DNA from: Oscillospiraceae bacterium
GTDB taxonomy: Bacteria > Bacillota > Clostridia > Oscillospirales > CAG-272
NCBI GenBank assembly: GCA_015064845.1
Contig: SVRL01000006.1
Location: 6,865-70,864, forward strand
Direction: 5' to 3'
Length of the DNA: 64,000 nt
Shown here: in pieces, positions 1 to 8,405 of the stretch
How the letters are laid out: the number at the start of each line of letters is the position of its first letter
How positions within the stretch are numbered: position 1 is the stretch's first letter
The notes under the pieces: generated by a model
Seen by the model: the letters and a program-made list of their open reading frames with translations, nothing else
What the model was told of the DNA's origin: nothing
Database searches by the model: none
Made by a program: the position numbers and the translations under genes

Positions 1-774
1 CTCAAAGGTTGTTGAGGTATCAAGTACCTTGCGTAGTGTCTGCCGTAGCTTCTCTTTGTCGGTTTCAAATTTCGTGGTGCGTGGTGTCAGCCCATCAGCG
101 GTAATTTTTCCATTTCGCTTGTCAAGCTCGGCTTGTCCCTTTTTCTGCGCCCAATACTCACGCTCGGTAACGCGGTTTGCGCTGCCGTGTAGCAGATCAA
201 TCTGATAGAGATTTTCGCGGTGGCACATTTCCATCACTTCGGATTTAAAATATTCCATAGCCGCGTCCGTACACCGGTGCTTGCAACCCTGCCGCGTATC
301 GGCGGGTCTGTCCATGTACGGGAGCAATGGGACTTCCTCTATTCGCAGAGAATTGATAACGATATGAACGTGGATATTGCCGCTGTGGTTATGCCCATCG
401 GGATGGGTACAGACAAGTGCTTGGTGTCCGCGAAAATGTGTTTTGCAAAATTCCTCGCCCAACTGCTGTGCGCGGTCAACGGTAAGTCCATTGTCTGTGC
501 CGTCCCGTGGGTCAAAGGAAATAATGTAGTGGTGGCTTTTCACATCTTCGCGTTTTTGGTTTTTGCCGTAACGGAGATTTGCCCGCATACAGGCAATCGC
601 AAAATCTTCATCACCACAGCCTATCGTGGCAATTCTGAAATTCTCGCGTGGTATGAGCCGCCCGTTTTCGTCAAGCGTGGGCTTCATAGAAAACTCATCG
701 TGGGCAAAGGTCAGATATTTTTCGGCTGCGCCGTAATCAGCATTTTTAGAGCTGATATGTTTGAACGTAGCCAT
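1..774 (-). CDS. MOBP-type relaxase, N-terminal 258 codons (continues beyond base 1; absent from the ORF track)
   Basis: Manual translation MATFKHISSKNADYGAAEKYL... with motif HPDGHNHSGNIHVHIVINS; overlaps the mobC stop. Confidence 0.93.
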   Translation of the reverse strand, partial: MATFKHISSKNADYGAAEKYLTFAHDEFSMKPTLDENGRLIPRENFRIATIGCGDEDFAIACMRANLRYGKNQKREDVKSHHYIISFDPRDGTDNGLTVDRAQQLGEEFCKTHFRGHQALVCTHPDGHNHSGNIHVHIVINSLRIEEVPLLPYMDRPADTRQGCKHRCTDAAMEYFKSEVMEMCHRENLYQIDLLHGSANRVTEREYWAQKKGQAELDKRNGKITADGLTPRTTKFETDKEKLRQTLRKVLDTSTTFE

Positions 775-1150
775 TCAGTTCACCTACCTTTTGCAAGACT
801 TCATATTTCAGCGCGGCGAGATCTGAAGCGGCGGCTTGTATCTCGGCGGCAAGCTGTGGGTAAGGGTTTCGCCATTCATTCAGCATCCGAGCTATCTGAT
901 TGATGTTGTTGCCGATCTTGTTGTATTCGGCAACGAGCTTACCGAGGGTAGCAAGCACTTCATCGTTGACGGGATTGACACGGATAATCGGTTTTACAAC
1001 TGCACCGTCAATGGCTTGCCGTATAAACTCGGATTGGCTCATTTCGTAATTTTTCATTCGCTCCATAAAGAAGCTGTGTTCTTCCTCGGTCAAGCGTGTC
1101 TTGACTACGAAAGTGCGGTGTGGCGTGTTGTACTTTTTTGGCATAGGCAT
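746..1150 (-). CDS. mobC: Relaxosome accessory protein MobC (ribbon-helix-helix)
   Basis: KTRLTEEE...SQSEFIRQAI and KIGNNINQIAR motifs; RBS GAAAGGAG before ATG at 1150; directly upstream of the relaxase. Confidence 0.9.
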   Translation of the reverse strand: MPMPKKYNTPHRTFVVKTRLTEEEHSFFMERMKNYEMSQSEFIRQAIDGAVVKPIIRVNPVNDEVLATLGKLVAEYNKIGNNINQIARMLNEWRNPYPQLAAEIQAAASDLAALKYEVLQKVGELNGYVQTYQL

Positions 1151-1440
1151 AACTCCTTTCACTTACCGTATTTTTTTAGAGGTTTTAGCAACCCATTTTG
1201 AAAAGTCCCTCTATATACCGCCTTTTTTTAGCCGATTTTTAAGGGTATTTTTGAAAAATCCGAAAAATATTTTTCACCTATCGCCGTTTTTCTTCGGCTT
1301 TAGCAACCGTCAAAAATTTGTCCCTCTATTTAACATCTTTTTTCAGTGGTTTTAGCCCCCTGTTTTTTGCGATTTCTGAAAACAACAAATTTTCTTTGAT
1401 GGATTTCTGCGAGATAACGTAAAAGCTTGGTTGTTCCGCT

Positions 1441-1570
1441 TCACCTAACCCATCGTGGAAAGTGGTTTTGCAAGGTAGGTGAGAAAAATATTTTTGCGAA
1501 AATCTCATAAGACTTGATAAGCTGCTCTCCACCTAACCCATCGTGGAGAGCGATTATTCAAGGTAGGTCG
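1441..1570. repeat. Direct repeat CACCTAACCCATCGTGGA-N11-CAAGGTAGGT (2 copies), each partly self-complementary
   Basis: Copies start at 1442 and about 1530; the second forms stem CTCTCCAC/GTGGAGAG around loop CTAACCCATC. Confidence 0.8.
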
Positions 1571-1664
1571 CAAATTTTTTCAAATCTTCTCTTGCTCCCT
1601 ACAACACCGCAGATGGCAGAATTGCCAAACGGAGCGAGAAGAAAATTTGCGGCGTTAGCCGATA

Positions 1665-1700
1665 AGCAGGGTTTGGGGAAGGCACTCCCCAACAAGATCA
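1665..1700. other. Candidate oriT core
   Basis: Hairpin TTGGGGA-AGGCAC-TCCCCAA next to ATCTTGT on the minus strand, resembling MOBP nic sites (YATCCTG/Y type); lies in the non-coding gap upstream of mobC. Confidence 0.5.
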
Positions 1701-2224
1701 ACACAAAGGCGAAAATGAGCAGTAGGCGAAATTTGGCACCGTGGTAGAATCTTGCTCTAACAACTTCCGCTATCCTCTGAACGGGGATTTTTGTGATACC
1801 CCTCTACTTAACAACGGACAAAATCTGAGAAAAACTTGGTAGTGCTTTCACAATTCAACGGATATTTTTTTGCTGAATTAGGGGGTACTCCTTTGAAAAA
1901 AATTTAAAAGTTGAAAATGCCTTTCATTGTATTCGGAATTTCAGAAAGCAAAAATCAACGGCAATTCAAAAATTTCTTTGAAAAATTTTCTCTCTACTTG
2001 TTAGGACATTTGCGGGAGAAAAATCAACGGTCTGAAAAACACCTTTCACCTATTTGGAATTTCAGAGGGGTGAAATTCAACCGTTTTCAAAAATTTTTCT
2101 CCGTTCACTTATTACAGGTCTTGGCAAGGTGCGTTTTAGCTGATTTTGAAAAATTTTTTTCTTTTGGTTTCTTCCACGGCACAAAGATCGAAAATGCCAA
2201 ACATCGGAGATTATTTTCAGGCAT

Positions 2225-2260
2225 AAAAAATGCGCCCTCGATTTTTGAAACGAGAGCGCA
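2225..2260 (-). terminator. Intrinsic terminator insulating the mob promoter region
   Basis: TGCGCTCTCG-loop-CGAGGGCGCA followed by TTTTTT on the minus strand. Confidence 0.7.
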
Positions 2261-2389
2261 GCACCTGTGCGGCTATTCGGTTGTAAGGCGCATTCAAGCA
2301 TTTTTAATTATTCCCATATTAATAAATGCTTTTTGTAACACTTTAGCTACGCAGTTTTCACCGGTTTCTGTTGCTGTTGCGTAGTTGTG

Positions 2390-2430
2390 TATTGGAAATG
2401 GCAGTACTATATTTTCTGCCATTTCCAATA
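2390..2430 (-). terminator. Hairpin downstream of the ChW-M23 gene
   Basis: Perfect 15-bp stem TATTGGAAATGGCAG/CTGCCATTTCCAATA. Confidence 0.7.
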
Positions 2431-2519
2431 TAATTTGCTGTTAGAAAATTAGTTTTCAAACTTATCAAGTCAACAAGGTTTGTACATTCTTCTCTAATAA
2501 CATTAGCCTTCCAAGTATA

Positions 2520-3569
2520 TTATGGAAGTTTTTCGTTATTAATAACATACATAGGATTAAAAAATGTAATACCGCTCCTGTTCTCATACATCGAATGGCT
2601 GTTGAAGGCTTTTCTATCCGATGTGTAACCGTAATAAGAACCAGCACGAAATGTATCTGCAATTGCGAAATGGAGGTGTGCGCCAGTACTGCTACCAGTA
2701 TTTCCGCATGTTCCAATTTCGGTCCCTTTCTGTATTTTTTGTTCGGGTTTTACTTTGATGGAACCGTATTGCAAATGTCCATACATTGAATATACTTTTT
2801 TTCCACCTATAGTGTGTTCAATAACTACATAATAACCATTTCCTCTCGGATTTGATATTGTTGATGCATCTGCACCAGTTCCATTCAATCCTGTTGCTAC
2901 AACCTTACCATCGGCGGCTGCATATACGGTTGAATCTGAGGTGCTTTTAATATCGATTCCAAGATGTCCTGATTTTCCAAACGCCTGAGTGGTAATAACA
3001 TTTCCTCTCATTGGCATCTGCCATTCATCAGATATTGCATTTTTAGCTATTAATTTGACCTGAATGGCTTCCAACCTTAAAGATTTTCCCTCAGTTCCTG
3101 CTACTGCACCGTTTCTAACCCACGGCATCCAACCAATATTTTGAACATGAACACGGTATTCAACATCATAATACTTTGCAATTTCACCAGTAAGTTCTAT
3201 CTTCACTGCCTCCATGCGCAGTGATTTTCCTACTGTACCACTAATCGCATTATTTGAAGAATAATTTGTCCACCCCACATTTTGAATATGTGTGCTATAT
3301 TTTACACCGCCAGAGATACCGCTCACTTTGATTTTAATGGCTTCGCCTCTTAAAGATAGTCCTTCCGTGCCAGCTACTGTGCCATTCATACGATACGATT
3401 GCCAACCAATATTTTGAACATGCATCGAGTACTGTATTGAAGGAGTTTGTGTATTGGATGCTGCCGAAACGGGGATGGTCATAACTGTGAAGCAAGCCAT
3501 AAGGGAAACTATGGCGAGTGCGAAAGAGATGATTTTTTTGAAAGTTGAATTTTGAGTTAAAGTTTTCAT
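2520..3569 (-). CDS. Secreted M23 metallopeptidase with three clostridial hydrophobic-W (ChW) repeats
   Basis: Signal peptide ending VSA-A; three HVQNIGW...G(T/K)(E/S)..LR.EA repeats; Zn motifs HLGID and HLH intact; RBS GGAGG. Confidence 0.9.
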   Translation of the reverse strand: MKTLTQNSTFKKIISFALAIVSLMACFTVMTIPVSAASNTQTPSIQYSMHVQNIGWQSYRMNGTVAGTEGLSLRGEAIKIKVSGISGGVKYSTHIQNVGWTNYSSNNAISGTVGKSLRMEAVKIELTGEIAKYYDVEYRVHVQNIGWMPWVRNGAVAGTEGKSLRLEAIQVKLIAKNAISDEWQMPMRGNVITTQAFGKSGHLGIDIKSTSDSTVYAAADGKVVATGLNGTGADASTISNPRGNGYYVVIEHTIGGKKVYSMYGHLQYGSIKVKPEQKIQKGTEIGTCGNTGSSTGAHLHFAIADTFRAGSYYGYTSDRKAFNSHSMYENRSGITFFNPMYVINNEKLP

Positions 3570-3624
3570 GGTAATACCTCCAAAGTAAAAATTTTTTTAA
3601 TGGATTACAAAGCCGCGCGCCTTG

Positions 3625-3707
3625 CTTTGTTTTCTGACTCTATTGTACCATACTAAAATGCAAACTTCCATGCATTCATATATGTAAGTTTTCCGAAAGA
3701 GATGTAA
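3625..3707 (-). promoter_or_regulatory. Duplicated promoter/operator module, copy 1 (upstream of ChW-M23)
   Basis: Shares CATATATGTAAGTTTTCCGAAAGA(G/C)ATGTAA (3677-3707) and the extended -10/+1 block with 4649-4732. Confidence 0.85.
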
Positions 3708-3782
3708 TTTTTCACATTTCCGAATTATGATTGTACATCCATTTAAGGATTGCCTTGATCCAGGATATGTTGGGGTTGCCAA

Positions 3783-4175
3783 TTACCAGTGACCGTTTTT
3801 ATCAGGGTTAATATATCCTTCTTCTACCCATCTCTGTATATATTTTTGTTCTAAAATTTCCGATTCTGTTTTGGGAACATCAATTAAATGAAGATTGGGG
3901 TTATCTGCTATTTTTTTGCATATGGATTCTATTACCTCTTCATAAAAACTTCCTATTTCATATAAAGGAATATTTCGTCCTGCGTAGTAGTCGTCAGAAT
4001 CCGCAATTTTATATTCTTTGTCTGCGCCATTTGGCACAATGGTTACGTTCAGATAGAGATTAGGGGCTTCAAACCCCTTCTCGTTGTACGCTTGATAACG
4101 AATACTCCAGACACAAGTTGACGGGATATGAAGAATAACGGAATCTGCGTAATGGCTGTTGTATTTAATATACAT
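3783..4175 (-). CDS. Hypothetical acidic protein, 130 aa
   Basis: ORF with RBS GAGGAG; no family recognised. Confidence 0.7.
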   Translation of the reverse strand: MYIKYNSHYADSVILHIPSTCVWSIRYQAYNEKGFEAPNLYLNVTIVPNGADKEYKIADSDDYYAGRNIPLYEIGSFYEEVIESICKKIADNPNLHLIDVPKTESEILEQKYIQRWVEEGYINPDKNGHW

Positions 4176-4244
4176 AACATTGTTCTCCTCGATTTCTATG
4201 ATTATTTTATTACAACTTTTAATAGCTGATTAATTATATATTAC

Positions 4245-4586
4245 TCAATATGTAATGTTGTCCACTATCCTTTGAAAAACATTCAAATATTTTTTGTCGT
4301 TTTTCTTTTTCAGGAAATGAGATATTATAATGATCTTCGTGTTATCCACCGCGTATAAGAGCCGAATCTGGAGATTATCGGACACGCTTTTATAGACATA
4401 ATAATCGCGTGTGCGTCCGTGTATGATGTCATGTATCAGAACGTCATCGCCGAATATTTTACTTATCGGGATATTATAAGAATTGAATCTTGTTTGAAGC
4501 TTATCAATTGATTTTGAAATAACCTTTTTTGTGCTGGGATCTAATTTGAAAAAATGTTCGTCTAAAATTAAAATGTTGTTTTCCAT
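4245..4586 (-). CDS. RelE/HigB (Gp49-like) superfamily protein, putative mRNA interferase
   Basis: 113 aa; C-terminal pattern QIRLLYAVDNTKIIIISHFLKK resembles the R(I/L)LYF...IILLHGF.KK signature. Confidence 0.55.
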   Translation of the reverse strand: MENNILILDEHFFKLDPSTKKVISKSIDKLQTRFNSYNIPISKIFGDDVLIHDIIHGRTRDYYVYKSVSDNLQIRLLYAVDNTKIIIISHFLKKKNDKKYLNVFQRIVDNITY

Positions 4587-4648
4587 GTCCTATCCTTTCA
4601 TATACAGTGATGTTTGTTTTATCTTTGAATGCCGATTTATGTATACGA

Positions 4649-4732
4649 CTTCGTTTTCTGACTATAGTTTACCACATAAGAATAGGGACTTACACGTATG
4701 CATATATGTAAGTTTTCCGAAAGACATGTAAA
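4649..4732 (-). promoter_or_regulatory. Duplicated promoter/operator module, copy 2 (upstream of the RelE-like gene, back-to-back with the STAND promoter)
   Basis: 31-bp near-identical repeat at 4701-4731; palindrome CTTACA-N12-TGTAAG at 4689-4712; TGG-TAAACT extended -10. Confidence 0.85.
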
Positions 4733-4751
4733 TGTTCATGTTGTTTTTCCA

Positions 4752-4780
4752 TTGACAAAAAACTCATTTTTTCTTATAAT
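4752..4780 (+). promoter_or_regulatory. Consensus sigma-A promoter of the STAND gene
   Basis: TTGACA-17 nt-TATAAT. Confidence 0.85.
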
Positions 4781-4817
4781 TATATTAGTAATATTTTACA
4801 GAAAAAGGAGGCATTTT

Positions 4818-7394
4818 ATGTTATACTTGGAGTTTATTGAAATAATGAGTTCGTGCACAAGTATTTTGGGTCGAGAAAAATGTAGCAGATTTGACATAGA
4901 GAAATTGATTTTCGCGCCTCAAGATGACAAGGGTACATACTCGTTTAAATATAAAGGTTCAAAATCAAATGAAGTTCCGGTATATTTACCGGCATCTCAG
5001 GCTATTAGACTTATTAGTGTAAAACAAAAAGATGAAAAACTTCTGCCAATATATTTCCTTCCATCAAACTGGAAAATAGCACTAAGCCATTCCGATAATT
5101 ACCCAAGGCTTTGGCAAAATGTTGAATCTTATATTAATAAAAATACGGAAAATATACGAGAAATCAACTATGAAGGATTAGCAGGGAAATTGAGGTCAAC
5201 CGAAGAAGTGGCACTGTTCATAAATAAATATTTGAAAAATATTCCTCTTGATGATAAAAATTTTTGCATGATAGGAATTTTTATCGGCATACAAATAATT
5301 GCAAATGAAAAAGTAGTGGAAGCTCCTTCTGATAAATTAATCAAAATCTTAACGGAGAAGATATCGTCTTTTTCTGCGATGTCTGGAGCCGTTATAAAAA
5401 AAGAAAATAAAGATCAAAAACTCCTTTCATCTCCTAAACCCATTTCCAAAACGATCTACGGCAGAGATAAAATTATTGATGATGTAGCGCAACAGTTAAA
5501 AGAGAATCACGTTATTTTTCTTTATGGCATAGGCGGTATAGGAAAGACGCAAATAGCGAAGAACTATGTAAAAAAATATAGCTCAAATTATGACACAATC
5601 ATTTACGGAACATATCCAAATACGGATAACAGCAAATCTAATGACGAACCTAACGATGGCTTAAAAGAGTTGCTGCTTTCAGAAGATGTATTTGCTTTCG
5701 AACCAAAAATGAATCGAAGAGTGTTGTCGGACGGAAGTTTGGAAAATGATGATGACTACGCAGGAAGAAAACTTCAAAAGATCAAAGATTTGTCAAATGA
5801 GCGGACTCTTATCATTGTAGATAACTTTGATGTTATGAACGATAAATTACTCTCTGAATTCATAAACGGAAGATATCATTTGTTAATAACCACACGTTGT
5901 TCCTATGAAAATATGTATCCAATGATAAAAGTCAAAGAGATTGAAGATATTGACGATATCAAACAAATATTTTTCAAAAATTATCGATGTGATATTGTAA
6001 CTTGTGATGATCCTCATTTGGAAGAGTTGATTGAATTGGTAAATAGGCACACCTATACGATTGAATTAATTGCAAAACATATGTCAAATAGTGGGCAATC
6101 CACATTGGAAATGATAGATTTACTGAAAAAAGAAGGGATCATATGTTTAAACGAAGAAATTCGAAATGACGATTGCTCTACAGAGGTAGCATTTGAAAAT
6201 TTAAAGAAAATGTTTAAGATTTTCAGGCTTTCAGATGAGGAAAAGCAAATTCTTCAGTATATGTGTCTTATGCCTTTGAGCGGTGTAAAAAAGAGCGATT
6301 TTAAAAGGTGGGCAGGTTTAAAATCTCTATCAAAAGTTAATAATCTTATAGATCGGAGCTGGATTATCCAAAATACCAATGGTATTGCACTTCATCCCAT
6401 TATTCGCGATGTTGTTCGAAAACAATTACCCTTGACAAACGATAATATTGAATTTTTCATCATTAATTTTATAAATGATATGAATGATGTTCATAATACA
6501 TTGAGAAAACATCATTTGATATACAGAGAACGCAAAATTCATTTAGATATAGCAGAGACACTAATCGAAAAAATCACATCAGAAAAATTATTATATGATC
6601 AATTGAGATTTATATATGCTTACTGTGTTTTTGATACGGGCAATAGCAATCGTGCTGTCCAACTCTTTGAAGAATTGCTGCAAACTAGCAACAACTTAGC
6701 ATTCAAATTAAACTGCTATGAAAAAGTAATTCAAAATTATGTTTTGTTGGGAGAAGCTGCTATCGCTGTAGAAATTGCATTAAAAGCTTATGAAGAAGTT
6801 AAACCTTTTGCAGCGAATATAAATTCCCCAGACATAGGAAGACATTATATTTGCTTACTTCATCGTCTTATTGAAGCATATAGACTACTTGGTGATTATG
6901 AAAAATCTTTGTATTATGGAACTTTATGCTTGTCACAAAGTGATAAATTTTTCGAAATATACAAAGATGACTTGACTGCATGGACAAAATATCATATCGG
7001 GCGAACATTGGTATTGAAAGGAGAGCCTTGTGAAGAATTTCTAAAAGAAGCCATGGAAGTATTTCTATCAAATCAAGACGATTTAGCAGTTGCTAACTGT
7101 AATGATATTTTGGCATTGGTCTATAAACAAAAGGGATTATTTGTCGAAGCCTTAACGATTAATGAAGAAGCATATAAAATGCACACCCATTTGTTGGGCA
7201 ATTTTCATATCGATATTGCCAATAATCAAAAATGGCGTGGTGATATTTTCTTGAAAATGAAAAAGTTTGACGATGCTGAAAAATGTTATCAGAATGCAAT
7301 TTTAATATATAAAAATAAGAATTGTAGAATTCATGTGGAAGAAGTCATTGCCATTTTAAATTATATTAAGCATATGAAAAATTTGGAGGAATAG
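4818..7394 (+). CDS. STAND (NB-ARC-like) NTPase with C-terminal TPR array and a ~200-aa unassigned N-terminal domain
   Basis: IYGRD, Walker A GIGGIGKT, Walker B IIVDNFD, sensor LITTR, winged-helix LHPIIR, then TPR-like helices; start moved to ATG 4818 after RBS AAAGGAGG. Confidence 0.88.
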   Translation: MLYLEFIEIMSSCTSILGREKCSRFDIEKLIFAPQDDKGTYSFKYKGSKSNEVPVYLPASQAIRLISVKQKDEKLLPIYFLPSNWKIALSHSDNYPRLWQNVESYINKNTENIREINYEGLAGKLRSTEEVALFINKYLKNIPLDDKNFCMIGIFIGIQIIANEKVVEAPSDKLIKILTEKISSFSAMSGAVIKKENKDQKLLSSPKPISKTIYGRDKIIDDVAQQLKENHVIFLYGIGGIGKTQIAKNYVKKYSSNYDTIIYGTYPNTDNSKSNDEPNDGLKELLLSEDVFAFEPKMNRRVLSDGSLENDDDYAGRKLQKIKDLSNERTLIIVDNFDVMNDKLLSEFINGRYHLLITTRCSYENMYPMIKVKEIEDIDDIKQIFFKNYRCDIVTCDDPHLEELIELVNRHTYTIELIAKHMSNSGQSTLEMIDLLKKEGIICLNEEIRNDDCSTEVAFENLKKMFKIFRLSDEEKQILQYMCLMPLSGVKKSDFKRWAGLKSLSKVNNLIDRSWIIQNTNGIALHPIIRDVVRKQLPLTNDNIEFFIINFINDMNDVHNTLRKHHLIYRERKIHLDIAETLIEKITSEKLLYDQLRFIYAYCVFDTGNSNRAVQLFEELLQTSNNLAFKLNCYEKVIQNYVLLGEAAIAVEIALKAYEEVKPFAANINSPDIGRHYICLLHRLIEAYRLLGDYEKSLYYGTLCLSQSDKFFEIYKDDLTAWTKYHIGRTLVLKGEPCEEFLKEAMEVFLSNQDDLAVANCNDILALVYKQKGLFVEALTINEEAYKMHTHLLGNFHIDIANNQKWRGDIFLKMKKFDDAEKCYQNAILIYKNKNCRIHVEEVIAILNYIKHMKNLEE

Positions 7395-7465
7395 TAAAAC
7401 GTGGGACTTTTCTTAATAAAGATTGTCTCGATATTATAGGGTGTTCAATACCCATAGGAGAAAGT

Positions 7466-8287
7466 ATGGATTTTCTTATTGAAGATGGTGTTTTAGAAAA
7501 GTACCTAGGAAGTAAATCCGTTGTCGTTGTCCCGGATGGTGTACACTGCATCGGCAGAGCTGCTTTTCAAAATTGTCAAAGCATAAAAAATGTTATCGTT
7601 CCCAAAAGTGTATCATTGATTGGAGAATGGGCTTTTGCTGGATGCGAATCACTAGAGTGCGTTCAAATCATAGGAAATGCTGTACTGAAAAAAGGTTCTT
7701 TTTATAAATGTGCCAATCTGAAAGAACTGATTGCACCGAACGGATTGTCGGAAATCGAAGACTCGGCTTTTGTGGGATGCAAAAGTTTACATTCAGACCT
7801 ATTGAGCGCAATAACCTTTGAATTACATACGGTTGTTAGTATGCATAATGATGTTACTTATCCGAATGATGAAGATATTTGCATAAAAGCTTACCCATGG
7901 AAAGAGTATCAAAAAATCACAGCAATGACTTTAGATTATGCACTTATATATTCCACGGAAAAATATAATGAACTGGAAAGACCTGAAATACCTACTTTGT
8001 GGAAAAAAAGCAAGCCGATTTCCGATGATTTGATATTAGTGAAAGATAGCAGTTTTGCAGGATGTTTGGTAGAAGAAGAACGCATATATATGTACGATTA
8101 CAAGAATCCTCATATGCGTTTGGCAATTGTTCGTCTAGACGGTAAAGCCATTCGCATACGTTCTCGGGATGGTAACAACTTGCCATTTGATATGTATGAA
8201 AAAACGGATGTTATTCTAAAAAAACATTGCGAAAACGCACATTGGAGCAGGTCGGTCAATTCAATTCTCAAAACCGTTTTAAGTTGA
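7466..8287 (+). CDS. Cytoplasmic BspA-type leucine-rich-repeat protein with unassigned C-terminal domain
   Basis: IEDGVLEKY..VVVPDGVHCIGRAAFQNC and further IGxxAFxxC repeats; no signal peptide. Confidence 0.8.
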   Translation: MDFLIEDGVLEKYLGSKSVVVVPDGVHCIGRAAFQNCQSIKNVIVPKSVSLIGEWAFAGCESLECVQIIGNAVLKKGSFYKCANLKELIAPNGLSEIEDSAFVGCKSLHSDLLSAITFELHTVVSMHNDVTYPNDEDICIKAYPWKEYQKITAMTLDYALIYSTEKYNELERPEIPTLWKKSKPISDDLILVKDSSFAGCLVEEERIYMYDYKNPHMRLAIVRLDGKAIRIRSRDGNNLPFDMYEKTDVILKKHCENAHWSRSVNSILKTVLS

Positions 8288-8333
8288 AAATTTCGCACTT
8301 TGGATGTTTTAAAACATCCGAAGTGCGAAATTT
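8288..8333. terminator. 46-bp near-perfect palindrome between convergent genes (bidirectional terminator or cruciform)
   Basis: AAATTTCGCACTTTGGATGTTTT|AAAACATCCGAAGTGCGAAATTT, one mismatch. Confidence 0.75.
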
Positions 8334-8405
8334 GTATTCCGAAAAATACGCCAGATCATATTTCCATTATAATTTATAGCATTAAAAAACAAATATTAAT
8401 GATAT

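Larger units (their letters stand above)
1155..2142 (-). promoter_or_regulatory. Array of at least 7 bipartite motifs (GGTTGCTAAAA/CCGTTGATTTT - N12-15 - TAAGTGA/TAGGTGA/TAGAGGG) upstream of mobC
   Basis: Copies at about 1155-1194, 1272-1309, 1321-1359, 1920-1961, 1990-2030, 2042-2083 and 2101-2142, all in the same orientation. Confidence 0.55.

Noticed and set aside
220-903. 227-aa + strand ORF
   Set aside because: Antisense shadow of the relaxase and mobC, which carry clear motifs.
1911-2384. 157-aa and 74-aa ORFs in the mob upstream region
   Set aside because: Low-complexity F/K-rich translations of the motif array; no RBS.
2292-2420. 42-aa minus-strand ORF MAENIVLPFPIHNY...
   Set aside because: No Shine-Dalgarno, and the start lies within a terminator-like stem.
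4698-4817. N-terminal extension of the STAND ORF
   Set aside because: Overlaps the promoter; the real start is ATG 4818 after AAAGGAGG.
7466-8287. Second LRR gene as a silent donor cassette for the BspA array
   Set aside because: No nucleotide-level similarity to the 69-bp unit; different composition.
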